DNA of 32,000 bases. Origin: Candidatus Saccharimonadota bacterium (GTDB lineage Bacteria; Patescibacteriota; Gracilibacteria; UBA4473). The notes under the pieces were generated by a model that was not told where the DNA came from, did no database searches, and saw only the letters and a program-made list of their open reading frames with translations. Made by a program: the position numbers and the translations under genes. Positions 1-8,643 of the stretch are shown one piece after another (within the stretch, counting starts at the first letter, position 1; every line of letters starts with the position of its first letter). The DNA is taken from contig OZ245819.1 of NCBI GenBank assembly GCA_965228485.1, positions 660,001 to 692,000 on the forward strand, read 5' to 3'.

Positions 1-1674
1 TACAGCGATGGAACTTCAACCAGCATTGGAGATATTGATGGAGATGGAGAAGATGAAACTATTGATGGTTACTACGTAGACTCTCGATATGTTACCTTCG
101 GAGATCAAAGTGATCTAGAGTTCTCTTTTCCAACACGAGATCCAAACCCAGATGATGATAGAGAATTTCCTATGGGGTCTCCATTAAAGGATATGCGTCA
201 ATATTTATTCTTTACTCATCACCTAGCTTCTAAGTACGGGGGGAAATTTATGAGTTGTGGTTTGGTAAAAGTAAGTCCAACCGACGACTATGCACTTAAA
301 TCTTATGCTGGAGAAAAATCAATTCGATGGACTTATTATGGTTTCCCTCGACCTCAACAAACAAATGTTAGAACTAATGTTAAAAATCGAGGAGGAGATA
401 AATTCCGAATCGGAGATATTCGATTTATTGTCTCTGCAAAAGAAGTCGACACCGCCAATGGTGGATATCAATTCGATAATGAACTTCTAAAATACAATGT
501 TCTTATTTCTGCTTATGACAATAGAAGTAACTTCATGAATGAATTCAAGACACTCAAAATTTTTGAGGAAAACATGAATGACACCACTAACGCCACAAGT
601 TCTTTTGTTGAATCACGACTCAGTTTCTACCGAGCTCTTATCGATAAACTAAATCTTGGGATTCTAGGAAATCTTGAACTAGATGATGGGCTTGAAGAAG
701 ATTCTGTAAGTTCAATTGATCCAACACAGCTATATGCAAGTGTATTAGATGCTGGAGGATCAGACACCACTAAATCAGGCGGGCTATCAATCATGCCTGG
801 AGTAAGCTTAGAAACTTATGAGAAAGTGGAATCAATTGAAGACGAAACGACAAAAAACATGCTTCGATCCGCCCTGATTCCAGATTATGGAGGAATGATT
901 GCCGATTTTACAGAGAAGCCTGCATCAGAAATGAATGATTTTGAAAAAGCTTATAACGAATATCCTCTAACATACGAAGAACGAGTAGAAAATGTTGAAT
1001 ACATTTTGGAAAATAGTGGTGGAGAAATCGAAAATCTAACACCAGAAAACTTTGAATATAAGGACATGGTTTTCGGGGAAGCGGTTATTCCAGTGACAGA
1101 CAAAAGAATCAGAGACATCGTTTCACAAAGCTATCTAGACAACGAAATGGCCGAGTTAGAAGCTAAAAAACAAGCTGAATTAGACAAAGTTGTGGTGACT
1201 GATGATATGAGTATCACAGATCAACAGGCTGCATACCGAGCTCAAGATGAAATTGAAAGGAGATACGAAGGAGAGTTGTCAAAACTGATGACTTTTGAAG
1301 GAGAGCTTGCAAACTTCAAAGTAAAATTTGCTGACGTAGAAAATCAATTTGAACACGGTCGTATTACCGAAAGCGAATATGAAACTAAAAGAAAGGCTCT
1401 ACTTAATGACTTTAATAACACCGTCAAAACTGGACAACTAGCTGATAGTGTTTCTAGCGATAGACTAAAAGCTCTGTCTCAATCACTTACGAATCGTGTT
1501 AATAGTGTTCAAGAAAATCAATCAACGAGCACTGATGAAACTTCTTCAGGTAAAAAAGGATACAGTACTCAAACACTTATTGTTAAAGGGTCGGCTGTAG
1601 CTCTATTTATAATCGCAATAGGACTAGCTTTATTGGCTATACGAAAAATTAAAAAAAACAGTAACACAAAATAA
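1..1674 (+). CDS. Large surface protein, 3' part (5' end lies upstream of the window): acidic DxDGDG motif, coiled-coil stalk, single C-terminal transmembrane anchor
   Basis: Frame 1 is open from nt 1 (YSDGTSTSIGDIDGDGEDETIDGYY...), so the ATG at 172 in the track is internal. E/K/Q-rich heptad-like segment at about nt 1140-1450. Hydrophobic GSAVALFIIAIGLALLAI is followed by the basic tail RKIKKNSNTK. TAA stop at 1672-1674. No protein family recognised. Confidence 0.75.
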   Translation, partial: YSDGTSTSIGDIDGDGEDETIDGYYVDSRYVTFGDQSDLEFSFPTRDPNPDDDREFPMGSPLKDMRQYLFFTHHLASKYGGKFMSCGLVKVSPTDDYALKSYAGEKSIRWTYYGFPRPQQTNVRTNVKNRGGDKFRIGDIRFIVSAKEVDTANGGYQFDNELLKYNVLISAYDNRSNFMNEFKTLKIFEENMNDTTNATSSFVESRLSFYRALIDKLNLGILGNLELDDGLEEDSVSSIDPTQLYASVLDAGGSDTTKSGGLSIMPGVSLETYEKVESIEDETTKNMLRSALIPDYGGMIADFTEKPASEMNDFEKAYNEYPLTYEERVENVEYILENSGGEIENLTPENFEYKDMVFGEAVIPVTDKRIRDIVSQSYLDNEMAELEAKKQAELDKVVVTDDMSITDQQAAYRAQDEIERRYEGELSKLMTFEGELANFKVKFADVENQFEHGRITESEYETKRKALLNDFNNTVKTGQLADSVSSDRLKALSQSLTNRVNSVQENQSTSTDETSSGKKGYSTQTLIVKGSAVALFIIAIGLALLAIRKIKKNSNTK

Positions 1675-1685
1675 AAAAAATAATT

Positions 1686-4600
1686 ATGCATAAACACACA
1701 CAAAAGTTCATTGCTCTAGGCTATATCGCCATAAGTTTAGCGAGCTATGGTTCTGTGCAGGCACAATCTTTTAATTTCAGACTATCTGGAAACGTTCAGT
1801 ATAATGGAAGTCCTGCAGTAAATAGAAATTATAATGCCTCAGCAGAGCGTGGGCAGTACTTAAATAATAATCTCAACTCCATTGCCCCAACCGTAAGGAG
1901 TAATGCCATTGGTGGTAACGGAGGATTATCTACTCCAAGCCTAGCTCTTTCTGGAGCAAAGAAAGAAGGGAGAATTCCTGTTCAATTTAGCCGACAAATT
2001 GCGGTTTCTGGAGGAAGTCTTGGAAATGAATCCGTAAGAACCATCATTAAACACGATCTTACCCCTCCGCGTTGTCCAAGAAGTAACGAATGGCCACAAG
2101 GACTATCAAGCGATCCTGATGACTGGGCGCCGGGAATTATTCAATTCAGAACGGGGGATGCCACCATTTGTCATGATCAACTAACAGAAGGAGGAACCGT
2201 TAAAAACACAGGAGCTGGGTGTTTGACTCCTGGTGAACTCGTAAAAATTACTCGACATGGAGCTACTGCGACGTTCCCGCTTGAAGACCGGGTTGGGAAT
2301 AGTCGTTCTTGTACCACTCCTCCAGCAAAAATTGATTGTCGTCCACCATTGCTAAATGATCTGGAAGTACAACATGTCGGACTCTCTTTAGACAAGGAAC
2401 GTCCCGGATCTCAAGCCAATCCTAATAAATTTAAAGCTGATGATGGAGAACTAAACTTAATCATCGATGTGGAAGATAGTGACGCTTCTACTTCGTGTGG
2501 AAGATCAGGGCTTAACTGGAATGAACTTATTAATGGCTCTGAACTAGCCCAACTAGAAAGAAACTTAGCTAATGCTGCTGGTTCAAAAGAACTACTGGAA
2601 TTAGAACTTGATTCTTATAAGGCCGATGAAATTACTGCTCGAGGGAATCTTTTGAGTAACCTGATCAGTAAAGTAGCTTACGACTATCAACTGCAAATTT
2701 GGTCAGATGTACTTCAAGACATGAATAACAATAGCTCTGCCCTAAAAACAAAAACTCAAGCCCTTACCAATGAGATCAGTACTTTGGCAGGAAAAAGTCT
2801 CAACGATAACAAATGGGATCAGATTATTGCAGAACTTGAAAAACCTAAATATATAGGTCTGTCAAATAGAGATGGTTTATTAGATGATTTAAGAAGTATT
2901 AATTTAGAATTTGAGAATAACCGAATTAGAAATTATACCTCAAAAGCTGACAACCTTATTACAGGCTTAAAAATACCTCTCCCAAGTATTGTATCGTTAA
3001 ATCCAAATATAGATTCTGATGAATCTGATATCGATATTTATATGGAACAATGGAGTCGTGACATTCTTGAAGACTACGGACATATTGTAACTGGATGGAG
3101 TACATTTATTACTGATTCAGCTCAAGAAATTAACGATAAATATGAAGAATATTTAGAAGTTAAAACGGATTCAGAAGGAAGTATTGACCAAAAAATGACC
3201 TCTATCGGGAATTTCGATGCGACTGATTCATTTAAAGGTGTAGTAACAAGTCTTAAAAATGGGCTCGATACCAACAGAACTAACGCTAGTAGCGCTATCG
3301 GAAAAGTTGACAATCTTAATAGCCGTATCAATTCAGCTCTTAGTACTGTTAAAAGTAGTAGCAGTAGTACCCTAAATACTTCCGTTATTACGGGATTGAT
3401 TAATGAGGGGAATCAAGTGATTCAGACGGTTTCAACCTTAAACGCTGATGTTTCTGGAAACATCGGAGTACTTGGAAAACCAGCGAATACTTTTAACTAT
3501 TACATGGATGCTCCAACAACCGCAAAAGTAGATCAAATCGAGATTGCTTCTCAAGATTTTGGTGCGGTAGTAGAGCTCAATAAAACAACTATCCAAGATA
3601 TTCAAGATGAAACCGCTGATCTAGAAACTCAAATTGCAAACTACGAAACAGAGATGGAAGAAACGAGAGAAGAGCTTCAAGAAAAAATGGATGTTCAGCT
3701 TGAAGATATTGGGGATGAACTACAAACTCTTGGAATTTCTCATGTAGAAATCCGAAGGATTGGAACTGGGACAAAACAATTCTTCGTTAATACAGATATC
3801 AATCCTGAATATGGAACTACCTATGAATGGAATATTAACCAATATCAATTCGATGGTGAAAACTTCCCAATATTTTCTCAAGCAGGAAGATATCGAGTTG
3901 ATTTAAGGATCTACGATTACGCTAAAAATCCAATCAACCCTCATAGAACCGTCTTTATCACTATTAAGCCAGCAGAAGCTGATAAAAGCATGATCGAATC
4001 AACGATGCTTAATAACTGTAATGAAGATGGTCTATACGCAAATTTACAGGATTCTTGTCAGCTAAATATTATCGCTCAAGATCGATTTGAAAATCTGATC
4101 GCTACAAATTCTCCATTAACTATTGTTGTTGATAATCAAAATATCGATGGTTCTTACGATATCATCGAAACACTTGGAAATAATTATCCAAATGGAATTA
4201 GGCTTTATCCTAAATCAGATGTTACCAGACAGGATGGGAAAGAATTCTTTAACTGGAATAGCCCAAGCAATGGACAAAAAACTATTAGAGTGAGATCGAT
4301 TCTTCCAAGTGTAGAAGTTTTCCCAACACTAACAGGCTCTGCCATGATGAATGTGAAAACTAAAAATCTACCACTTAAATTTATCTCTCCAAAAATCGAT
4401 CCTCGAGGAAACATTACAGCGGCTAAACAAGCCTTTGATTTAACCGCTCCGTCTAAATTTAATCCATGGGTGTTCCTTTACATGAGTGATCGTCCAGACA
4501 ATCAACCACCAACAACTCCTTGGGAAGTTAAACTTAACACAAAACAATGTCTTTACACTTATTCAACAACGGAGAATGCTGTTAAAGATCTACCAACTAA

Positions 4601-6191
4601 CTTCGATGTATTCGTTAAAGCTGAAGCTGATGGTAATTTAGAGTTCTACGATGAGAATTTGAATGAAACTAGTGATGGATATAAAATTCTATTTAGAGGT
4701 GTTAATGGTGATAACGAGGAAGAAATTATATGCTTTCACGTTAGACCAGGAGGTGGGCAAACAAGTTTAGATTTTGGGTTTACTTCAAAAATTGACTACA
4801 TTCTTGAAGGTAAAAGAATCAGAATCCCTGGGAATCCACTAGGACTAAATGCGGCAGGAACTTGTATGTTCCCTACCAATCCCATTTGTTGTGGACAACC
4901 GGGAGGGCTTCCTATGACCGATCCTAAATGTACTTCTATTCCACCAACCGATCCTTGTGACGGTAAATCAGGAAAAGACCTACTCTGCTGTGAAACGCCA
5001 TCAAACCCAAGATGTAATAGCTGTCCAGATGGCAGCAATCCAAACTGTGTTACCTCTTGCTCTGGATTTACAGGAGATGATCGAGACTGCTGTCTCGATC
5101 CAACACTCAACAAGTGTAATGTAAACTGGCGATGTCCGGGCCTTACGGGAAGGGCTTTAGATTGTTGTCTCAATCCTCTAAGTGAGTACTGTGTGGATCT
5201 ACCACCAACTTGTTCTAACCAATTTTCAACTCCAATGGAAGTTCTTTGCTGCCAAGAGCCAAGCAATAGCTTCTGTAGAGATACTGTTTACCTCACAGCA
5301 GGTGCAGATATTGAGGGAGGAGTTCTCGCTGAAAATGAAGACTTCGTTTATATCACCTCTGATGACAACGATCTCAATGATCAAGCTTTATTCCTTGGAG
5401 GCGATAACAGTATTGATGTCCGAGAAGAAGCGACTCGAAATGCTTACGAACTGACACGAGGGATTAATCCTGAAAATAATGTTGGAGCTACCATGAACCT
5501 AGACTTATCAAGTTTGGATGATGGAGGTATTACCTACATTAAAGGAGGTCTAGTAAGAATTGGAGTCGGAGGAACTCCTGGTGCTCCAGTCACCATTACG
5601 GGTGGATCTCATACCGTGATTGTTGAAGATGGAAATGTTCTTATTGCTGGAGACTATGAATACGGTTTACCTGATGACATTCTTGGAGTAATGGTCATTA
5701 ATACCGATCCAAGCCCAGCTCCATCTACAGGAAACATCTTCGTACATCAAGGAATACGAAAATTTGCAGGAGTATTCTTCTCTGATGGTTCACTGACAAC
5801 GACTCAGAGCATGAACGCTCCAAGCTTTGCCGAAAACTTTGATCGAGAAACTATCAACGGGACTCTAGATCGTCAACTTATATTAACAGGAGCCCTCTTA
5901 ACAAGGAATACTCTCGGAGGTTCTGAATTACTCGATATTAGAAATCCGTGGGGACAACCAATTACGTTGGAAGAATCTCAAAAATACGACCTTCACTATG
6001 TAAGACGATATACTCCAGTGTACAATCCAAACACAGGTCTCCAAACGAACCAAAATAAATGTACACAGCTAAATGGATTAGACTGTTATGACAATAAGCG
6101 TTCATTCATTATTCGAATTGATCCAAAAATTGGATATAATCCACCGCCAGGATTCAGCGTTAATGAAAACGCAAATTTCCAAACAAGATAA
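1686..6191 (+). CDS. Giant secreted protein (1501 aa): signal peptide, Cys-containing Ig-like N-terminal region, long coiled coils, PKD/Ig-like module, Cys-rich repeat array, Gly-rich beta-solenoid-like C-terminal region
   Basis: ATG lies 11 nt after the upstream stop. N-terminus MHKHTQKFIALGYIAISLASYGSVQA-QS looks like a Sec signal peptide. Coiled-coil-like stretches at about nt 2540-2920 and 3590-3735. FSQAGRYRVDLRIYDYAKN resembles a PKD/Ig strand pattern. 22 Cys lie in aa 1060-1197. GGITYIKGGLVRIGVGGTPGAPVTITGGSHTVIVEDGNVLIAG resembles short-strand solenoid repeats. TAA stop followed by a strong hairpin. No named family recognised. Confidence 0.85.
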   Translation: MHKHTQKFIALGYIAISLASYGSVQAQSFNFRLSGNVQYNGSPAVNRNYNASAERGQYLNNNLNSIAPTVRSNAIGGNGGLSTPSLALSGAKKEGRIPVQFSRQIAVSGGSLGNESVRTIIKHDLTPPRCPRSNEWPQGLSSDPDDWAPGIIQFRTGDATICHDQLTEGGTVKNTGAGCLTPGELVKITRHGATATFPLEDRVGNSRSCTTPPAKIDCRPPLLNDLEVQHVGLSLDKERPGSQANPNKFKADDGELNLIIDVEDSDASTSCGRSGLNWNELINGSELAQLERNLANAAGSKELLELELDSYKADEITARGNLLSNLISKVAYDYQLQIWSDVLQDMNNNSSALKTKTQALTNEISTLAGKSLNDNKWDQIIAELEKPKYIGLSNRDGLLDDLRSINLEFENNRIRNYTSKADNLITGLKIPLPSIVSLNPNIDSDESDIDIYMEQWSRDILEDYGHIVTGWSTFITDSAQEINDKYEEYLEVKTDSEGSIDQKMTSIGNFDATDSFKGVVTSLKNGLDTNRTNASSAIGKVDNLNSRINSALSTVKSSSSSTLNTSVITGLINEGNQVIQTVSTLNADVSGNIGVLGKPANTFNYYMDAPTTAKVDQIEIASQDFGAVVELNKTTIQDIQDETADLETQIANYETEMEETREELQEKMDVQLEDIGDELQTLGISHVEIRRIGTGTKQFFVNTDINPEYGTTYEWNINQYQFDGENFPIFSQAGRYRVDLRIYDYAKNPINPHRTVFITIKPAEADKSMIESTMLNNCNEDGLYANLQDSCQLNIIAQDRFENLIATNSPLTIVVDNQNIDGSYDIIETLGNNYPNGIRLYPKSDVTRQDGKEFFNWNSPSNGQKTIRVRSILPSVEVFPTLTGSAMMNVKTKNLPLKFISPKIDPRGNITAAKQAFDLTAPSKFNPWVFLYMSDRPDNQPPTTPWEVKLNTKQCLYTYSTTENAVKDLPTNFDVFVKAEADGNLEFYDENLNETSDGYKILFRGVNGDNEEEIICFHVRPGGGQTSLDFGFTSKIDYILEGKRIRIPGNPLGLNAAGTCMFPTNPICCGQPGGLPMTDPKCTSIPPTDPCDGKSGKDLLCCETPSNPRCNSCPDGSNPNCVTSCSGFTGDDRDCCLDPTLNKCNVNWRCPGLTGRALDCCLNPLSEYCVDLPPTCSNQFSTPMEVLCCQEPSNSFCRDTVYLTAGADIEGGVLAENEDFVYITSDDNDLNDQALFLGGDNSIDVREEATRNAYELTRGINPENNVGATMNLDLSSLDDGGITYIKGGLVRIGVGGTPGAPVTITGGSHTVIVEDGNVLIAGDYEYGLPDDILGVMVINTDPSPAPSTGNIFVHQGIRKFAGVFFSDGSLTTTQSMNAPSFAENFDRETINGTLDRQLILTGALLTRNTLGGSELLDIRNPWGQPITLEESQKYDLHYVRRYTPVYNPNTGLQTNQNKCTQLNGLDCYDNKRSFIIRIDPKIGYNPPPGFSVNENANFQTR
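4863..5276 (+). repeat. Protein-level tandem cysteine repeat inside the 1501-aa ORF: four exact CC-x2-P-x4-C units plus one degenerate unit
   Basis: CCGQPGGLPMTDPKC / CCETPSNPRC / CCLDPTLNKC / CCLNPLSEYC / CCQEPSNSFC, with extra single Cys between units. 22 Cys in 138 residues, an even number. Confidence 0.8.
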
Positions 6192-6193
6192 CC

Positions 6194-6226
6194 AAAAAAG
6201 AGCCTCTAACGAGGCTCTTTTTTTCT
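6194..6226. terminator. Bidirectional rho-independent terminator between the convergent giant ORF and prfA
   Basis: aaaaagagcctc-taac-gaggctcttttt: GC-containing stem of 8-12 bp, 4-nt loop, A-run upstream and T-run downstream. Confidence 0.8.
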
Positions 6227-6242
6227 ATAAATTTTAGAAAGA

Positions 6243-7310
6243 TTATACAGACTTTTCCAGAAGGAATTTCTGCTCTTCTAAAGCTAGAGCTTCTACAATT
6301 TTATCTAAGCTTCCATCTAGAATCCCTGGAAGATTTGAGAAACTTTGACTGATTCGATGATCAGTCACTCTATCTTGAGGGAAGTTATAAGTTCTAATTT
6401 TATCAGAACGATCTCCCGTTCCGATTTGAGCCAATCGTTTTTCTCCCAACTCTTTTTGACGCTTTTCTTCTTCAATAGCATTCAATCGTGCTCTTAACAC
6501 CTTAAAGGCTTTATCTTTATTTTTATGTTGAGATTTTTCATCCTGACAAGTCACCACAATTCCCGTTGGAACATGAGTAAGTCTGACCGCTGAATCGGTT
6601 GTATTTACAGACTGCCCTCCACAACCAGAACTTCTAAAAACATCCACACGAACATCACTCGGTTTAATTTCGATATCATTCTCTTCAACCTCAGCCAAAA
6701 CAACGACTGAAATAGCGGATGTATGTACCCGTCCTTGAGATTCCGTTGCAGGAATACGCTGTACTCTATGGACTCCCGATTCAAATTTAAGCTTCCCATA
6801 AGCACCAAAACCTTCTATACGAAAAATTATTTCTTTAATTCCCCCTCCTTCATTCGCTGATTCTGACATCACTTCTGGTTTGAAACCCTGAGTTTCTGAA
6901 AATCGTAGAATCATTCTTGAAACTTCTTCTGCAAATAGAGCCGCTTCATCACCTCCTACTCCAGCTCGAATTTCAACAATACAGTGCCGATCATCACTTG
7001 GATCACGAGGTATTAAAGCTATTTTTAGAGCTTCCTCAGCTTCTGGAAGTCCTGATTTTGCCATTTCAAGCTCTTCTTTAGCCATTTCTATGAGTTCTGC
7101 ATCCTTTTCTGTATTGATAATCTCTTCAGCTTCAATTTTTTGATTATAAATCTTTAAATACGCCTCAGCTATTTCAAATTTTGATTCCAGAGACTTTCTT
7201 TTCTGAGATAAGGAAACGAATCTTTTTTGATCTGAAAAAACCTCTGGATTCGCTAATTCTTCCTCCAAACTTTGAAATTCACTGACAACCGCTTGAGCTT
7301 TATCTTGCAT
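6243..7310 (-). CDS. prfA: Peptide chain release factor 1
   Basis: RF1-specific PAT tripeptide ([14 protein letters not shown]) and GGQ motif (SGCGGQSVN). RF1-like sequence begins at [12 protein letters not shown] (ATG at 7310). The 37 extra N-terminal codons in the track (to 7421) cover the promoter/leader region and are not RF1-like. TAA stop. Confidence 0.93.
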   Translation of the reverse strand: MQDKAQAVVSEFQSLEEELANPEVFSDQKRFVSLSQKRKSLESKFEIAEAYLKIYNQKIEAEEIINTEKDAELIEMAKEELEMAKSGLPEAEEALKIALIPRDPSDDRHCIVEIRAGVGGDEAALFAEEVSRMILRFSETQGFKPEVMSESANEGGGIKEIIFRIEGFGAYGKLKFESGVHRVQRIPATESQGRVHTSAISVVVLAEVEENDIEIKPSDVRVDVFRSSGCGGQSVNTTDSAVRLTHVPTGIVVTCQDEKSQHKNKDKAFKVLRARLNAIEEEKRQKELGEKRLAQIGTGDRSDKIRTYNFPQDRVTDHRISQSFSNLPGILDGSLDKIVEALALEEQKFLLEKSV

Positions 7311-7321
7311 AACTGATTGGG

Positions 7322-7349
7322 ATAGTATTTTTTTTGCATAAATGTGCAA
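7322..7349 (-). promoter_or_regulatory. Candidate sigma70-type promoter of prfA (TTGCAC-16-TACTAT), 11 nt from the ATG
   Basis: Minus strand reads cTTGCACatttatgcaaaaaaaaTACTATcccaatcagttATG. No SD motif in the short leader. Confidence 0.35.
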
Positions 7350-7373
7350 GCTCAGACAAAAATCATCAAAAAA

Positions 7374-7402
7374 TTGACAGATAAAAATCAAACCAGTAGA
7401 TT
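7374..7402 (+). promoter_or_regulatory. Promoter of the aroG leader transcript (TTGACA-17-TAGATT)
   Basis: Perfect -35 TTGACA at 7374-7379, 17-nt spacer, TAGATT at 7397-7402. The expected TSS at about 7408-7410 lies only a few nt before the leader ATG at 7413. Confidence 0.55.
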
Positions 7403-7412
7403 TAGCGATGTA

Positions 7413-7457
7413 ATGCAACAATTTTTTAGCGCTTTCTTTTATTTCTGGACGACATAG
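7413..7457 (+). CDS. Putative attenuation leader peptide [14 protein letters not shown] (7 of 14 residues aromatic: 5 Phe, 1 Tyr, 1 Trp)
   Basis: atg caa caa ttt ttt agc gct ttc ttt tat ttc tgg acg aca tag, read directly from the sequence. It lies between a consensus-like promoter and a terminator hairpin, 92 nt upstream of DAHP synthase. Confidence 0.6.
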   Translation: MQQFFSAFFYFWTT

Positions 7458-7458
7458 C

Positions 7459-7525
7459 CGTCGGTTAATTTTAAAAGTAAAGTACTAAGAAAATTTAGAC
7501 CGGCGAATAGAAACGCTGGTTTTTT
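7459..7525 (+). promoter_or_regulatory. Attenuator: alternative antiterminator (7459-7472 with 7490-7505) and intrinsic terminator (7499-7505 with 7514-7520, plus T-run 7520-7525)
   Basis: Terminator is accggcg-aatagaaa-cgctggt followed by ttttt. The 5' arm accggcg (7499-7505) can instead pair with cgtcggt (7459-7465). That helix extends, with two 1-nt bulges, through ttaatttt/aaaattta. The two structures share 7499-7505 and are mutually exclusive. Confidence 0.55.
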
Positions 7526-7548
7526 GTATAATTAACATAAAAATTAAC

Positions 7549-8592
7549 ATGTCTTACGTTGTTGAAAAGCCGTTACCGACCAATAAAGAGGTTTTAGAAA
7601 AATTGCCTCTAGGAGATAATCTAACTCAAAAAGTTATCCAAGATCAGGAAGAAATTAAGGCTATTATTGAGGGACGAGATCCAAGGAAGATTATGATCAT
7701 TGGGCCTTGTAGTGCCTGGCCAGATGCAGCCGTATTAGAATATGCTGAAAAACTAAAGCCAATTGCTGAAAAAGTTTCAGATAAATTGAAAATTATTATG
7801 AGGGTATATCTCCAAAAACCAAGAACTACCGTTGGTTGGCTCGGGCCTGTAAATCAACCCGATCCTTTTGAAGCTCCTGATCTAGAATCTGGAACCTATT
7901 ACTGTCGATCAATGATGATTGAAGCCGTAAGAAAAGGATATGCTATTGCTGATGAAGCTTTATTTACGCATAATGATAATTATTTTGTAGACCTGCTTAG
8001 CTGGATTGCTATTGGGGCTCGATCAGCAGAAGATCAAGAACATCGGATCTTTGCTTCAATGATTCCTCATCCTGTAGGCCTAAAAAATCCAACATCAGGA
8101 AATATTGATATCGGCGTCAATTCCGTTATAGCAGCGCAACACGGACATGTTTTTGCTTTTCATGGAAAACAAATCCGCACCTCTGGAAACCCTCATGCAC
8201 ATCTCATTTTACGAGGAGGAAATGGAACTTCTAACCATGATTATCAATCACTTCTTGAAGCCAGTGAAAAACTACACGCAAAAATGGTAAAAAATCCAAG
8301 TATTATTGTAGATGCTAGCCATGATAATTCTATCTGTTCAGTTAGTGGTCAAAAAGATCCACTAAAACAACCTGAAATACTTAAAGAGATTATCGAAAGT
8401 ATGAATAGAAATGATCTTATCAAATCAACCGTTAAAGGTTTTATGGTCGAAAGTTTCTTAGTCGATGGAAAACAAAGTGCCGATAAAGCTTCTGGAAAAG
8501 AAGAACTTGAATACGGAAAGTCAATCACTGATGGGTGCCTTGGAATGCAAAGAACTGAAGAAATGCTCTTAGAAATAACTAATAAAATTTAA
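7549..8592 (+). CDS. aroG: 3-deoxy-7-phosphoheptulonate (DAHP) synthase, class I (AroG/F/H type)
   Basis: IMIIGPCSAWPD, RVYLQKPRTTVGWLGPVNQPD and a length of 347 aa closely parallel E. coli AroG (VIGPCSIHD, RVYFEKPRTTVGWKG). TAA stop. Confidence 0.88.
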   Translation: MSYVVEKPLPTNKEVLEKLPLGDNLTQKVIQDQEEIKAIIEGRDPRKIMIIGPCSAWPDAAVLEYAEKLKPIAEKVSDKLKIIMRVYLQKPRTTVGWLGPVNQPDPFEAPDLESGTYYCRSMMIEAVRKGYAIADEALFTHNDNYFVDLLSWIAIGARSAEDQEHRIFASMIPHPVGLKNPTSGNIDIGVNSVIAAQHGHVFAFHGKQIRTSGNPHAHLILRGGNGTSNHDYQSLLEASEKLHAKMVKNPSIIVDASHDNSICSVSGQKDPLKQPEILKEIIESMNRNDLIKSTVKGFMVESFLVDGKQSADKASGKEELEYGKSITDGCLGMQRTEEMLLEITNKI

Positions 8593-8620
8593 CTCTTCTA
8601 CCCGTTATAAAAACGATAAA

Positions 8621-8643
8621 AACAGTGATCCAGAATCACTGTT
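8621..8643 (+). terminator. Hairpin terminator after aroG, overlapping the stop codon of the convergent sigma gene
   Basis: aacagtgat-ccaga-atcactgtt (9-bp stem) flanked by A-rich and T-rich sequence. The T-tract is interrupted (ttatttat). Confidence 0.4.

Noticed and set aside
1648-1685. Two A8 runs (at the end of ORF1 and in the ORF1-ORF2 spacer) as phase-variation tracts
   Set aside because: Slippage in the first run would change only the last few cytoplasmic residues. The second is non-coding in a genome where A-rich leaders are the norm.
4796-5266. 156-aa antisense ORF inside the giant gene
   Set aside because: It is the shadow of the Cys/Pro-rich repeat region, whose GC-richer codons keep the opposite strand open. 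It has no start context and no independent signals.
7311-7421. N-terminal 37-codon extension of the prfA ORF in the six-frame track ([18 protein letters not shown]...)
   Set aside because: RF1-like sequence begins at MQDKAQAVV (ATG at 7310). The extension is Phe/Ile/Cys-rich junk. It overlaps two divergent promoter candidates and the antisense strand of the aromatic leader peptide.
7525-7532. TGTATAAT box between the attenuator T-run and the aroG ATG, as a second constitutive promoter
   Set aside because: There is no acceptable -35, and the TG lacks the 1-nt spacer of an extended -10. It may just be AT-rich sequence. I keep it as the main alternative that would weaken the attenuation model.
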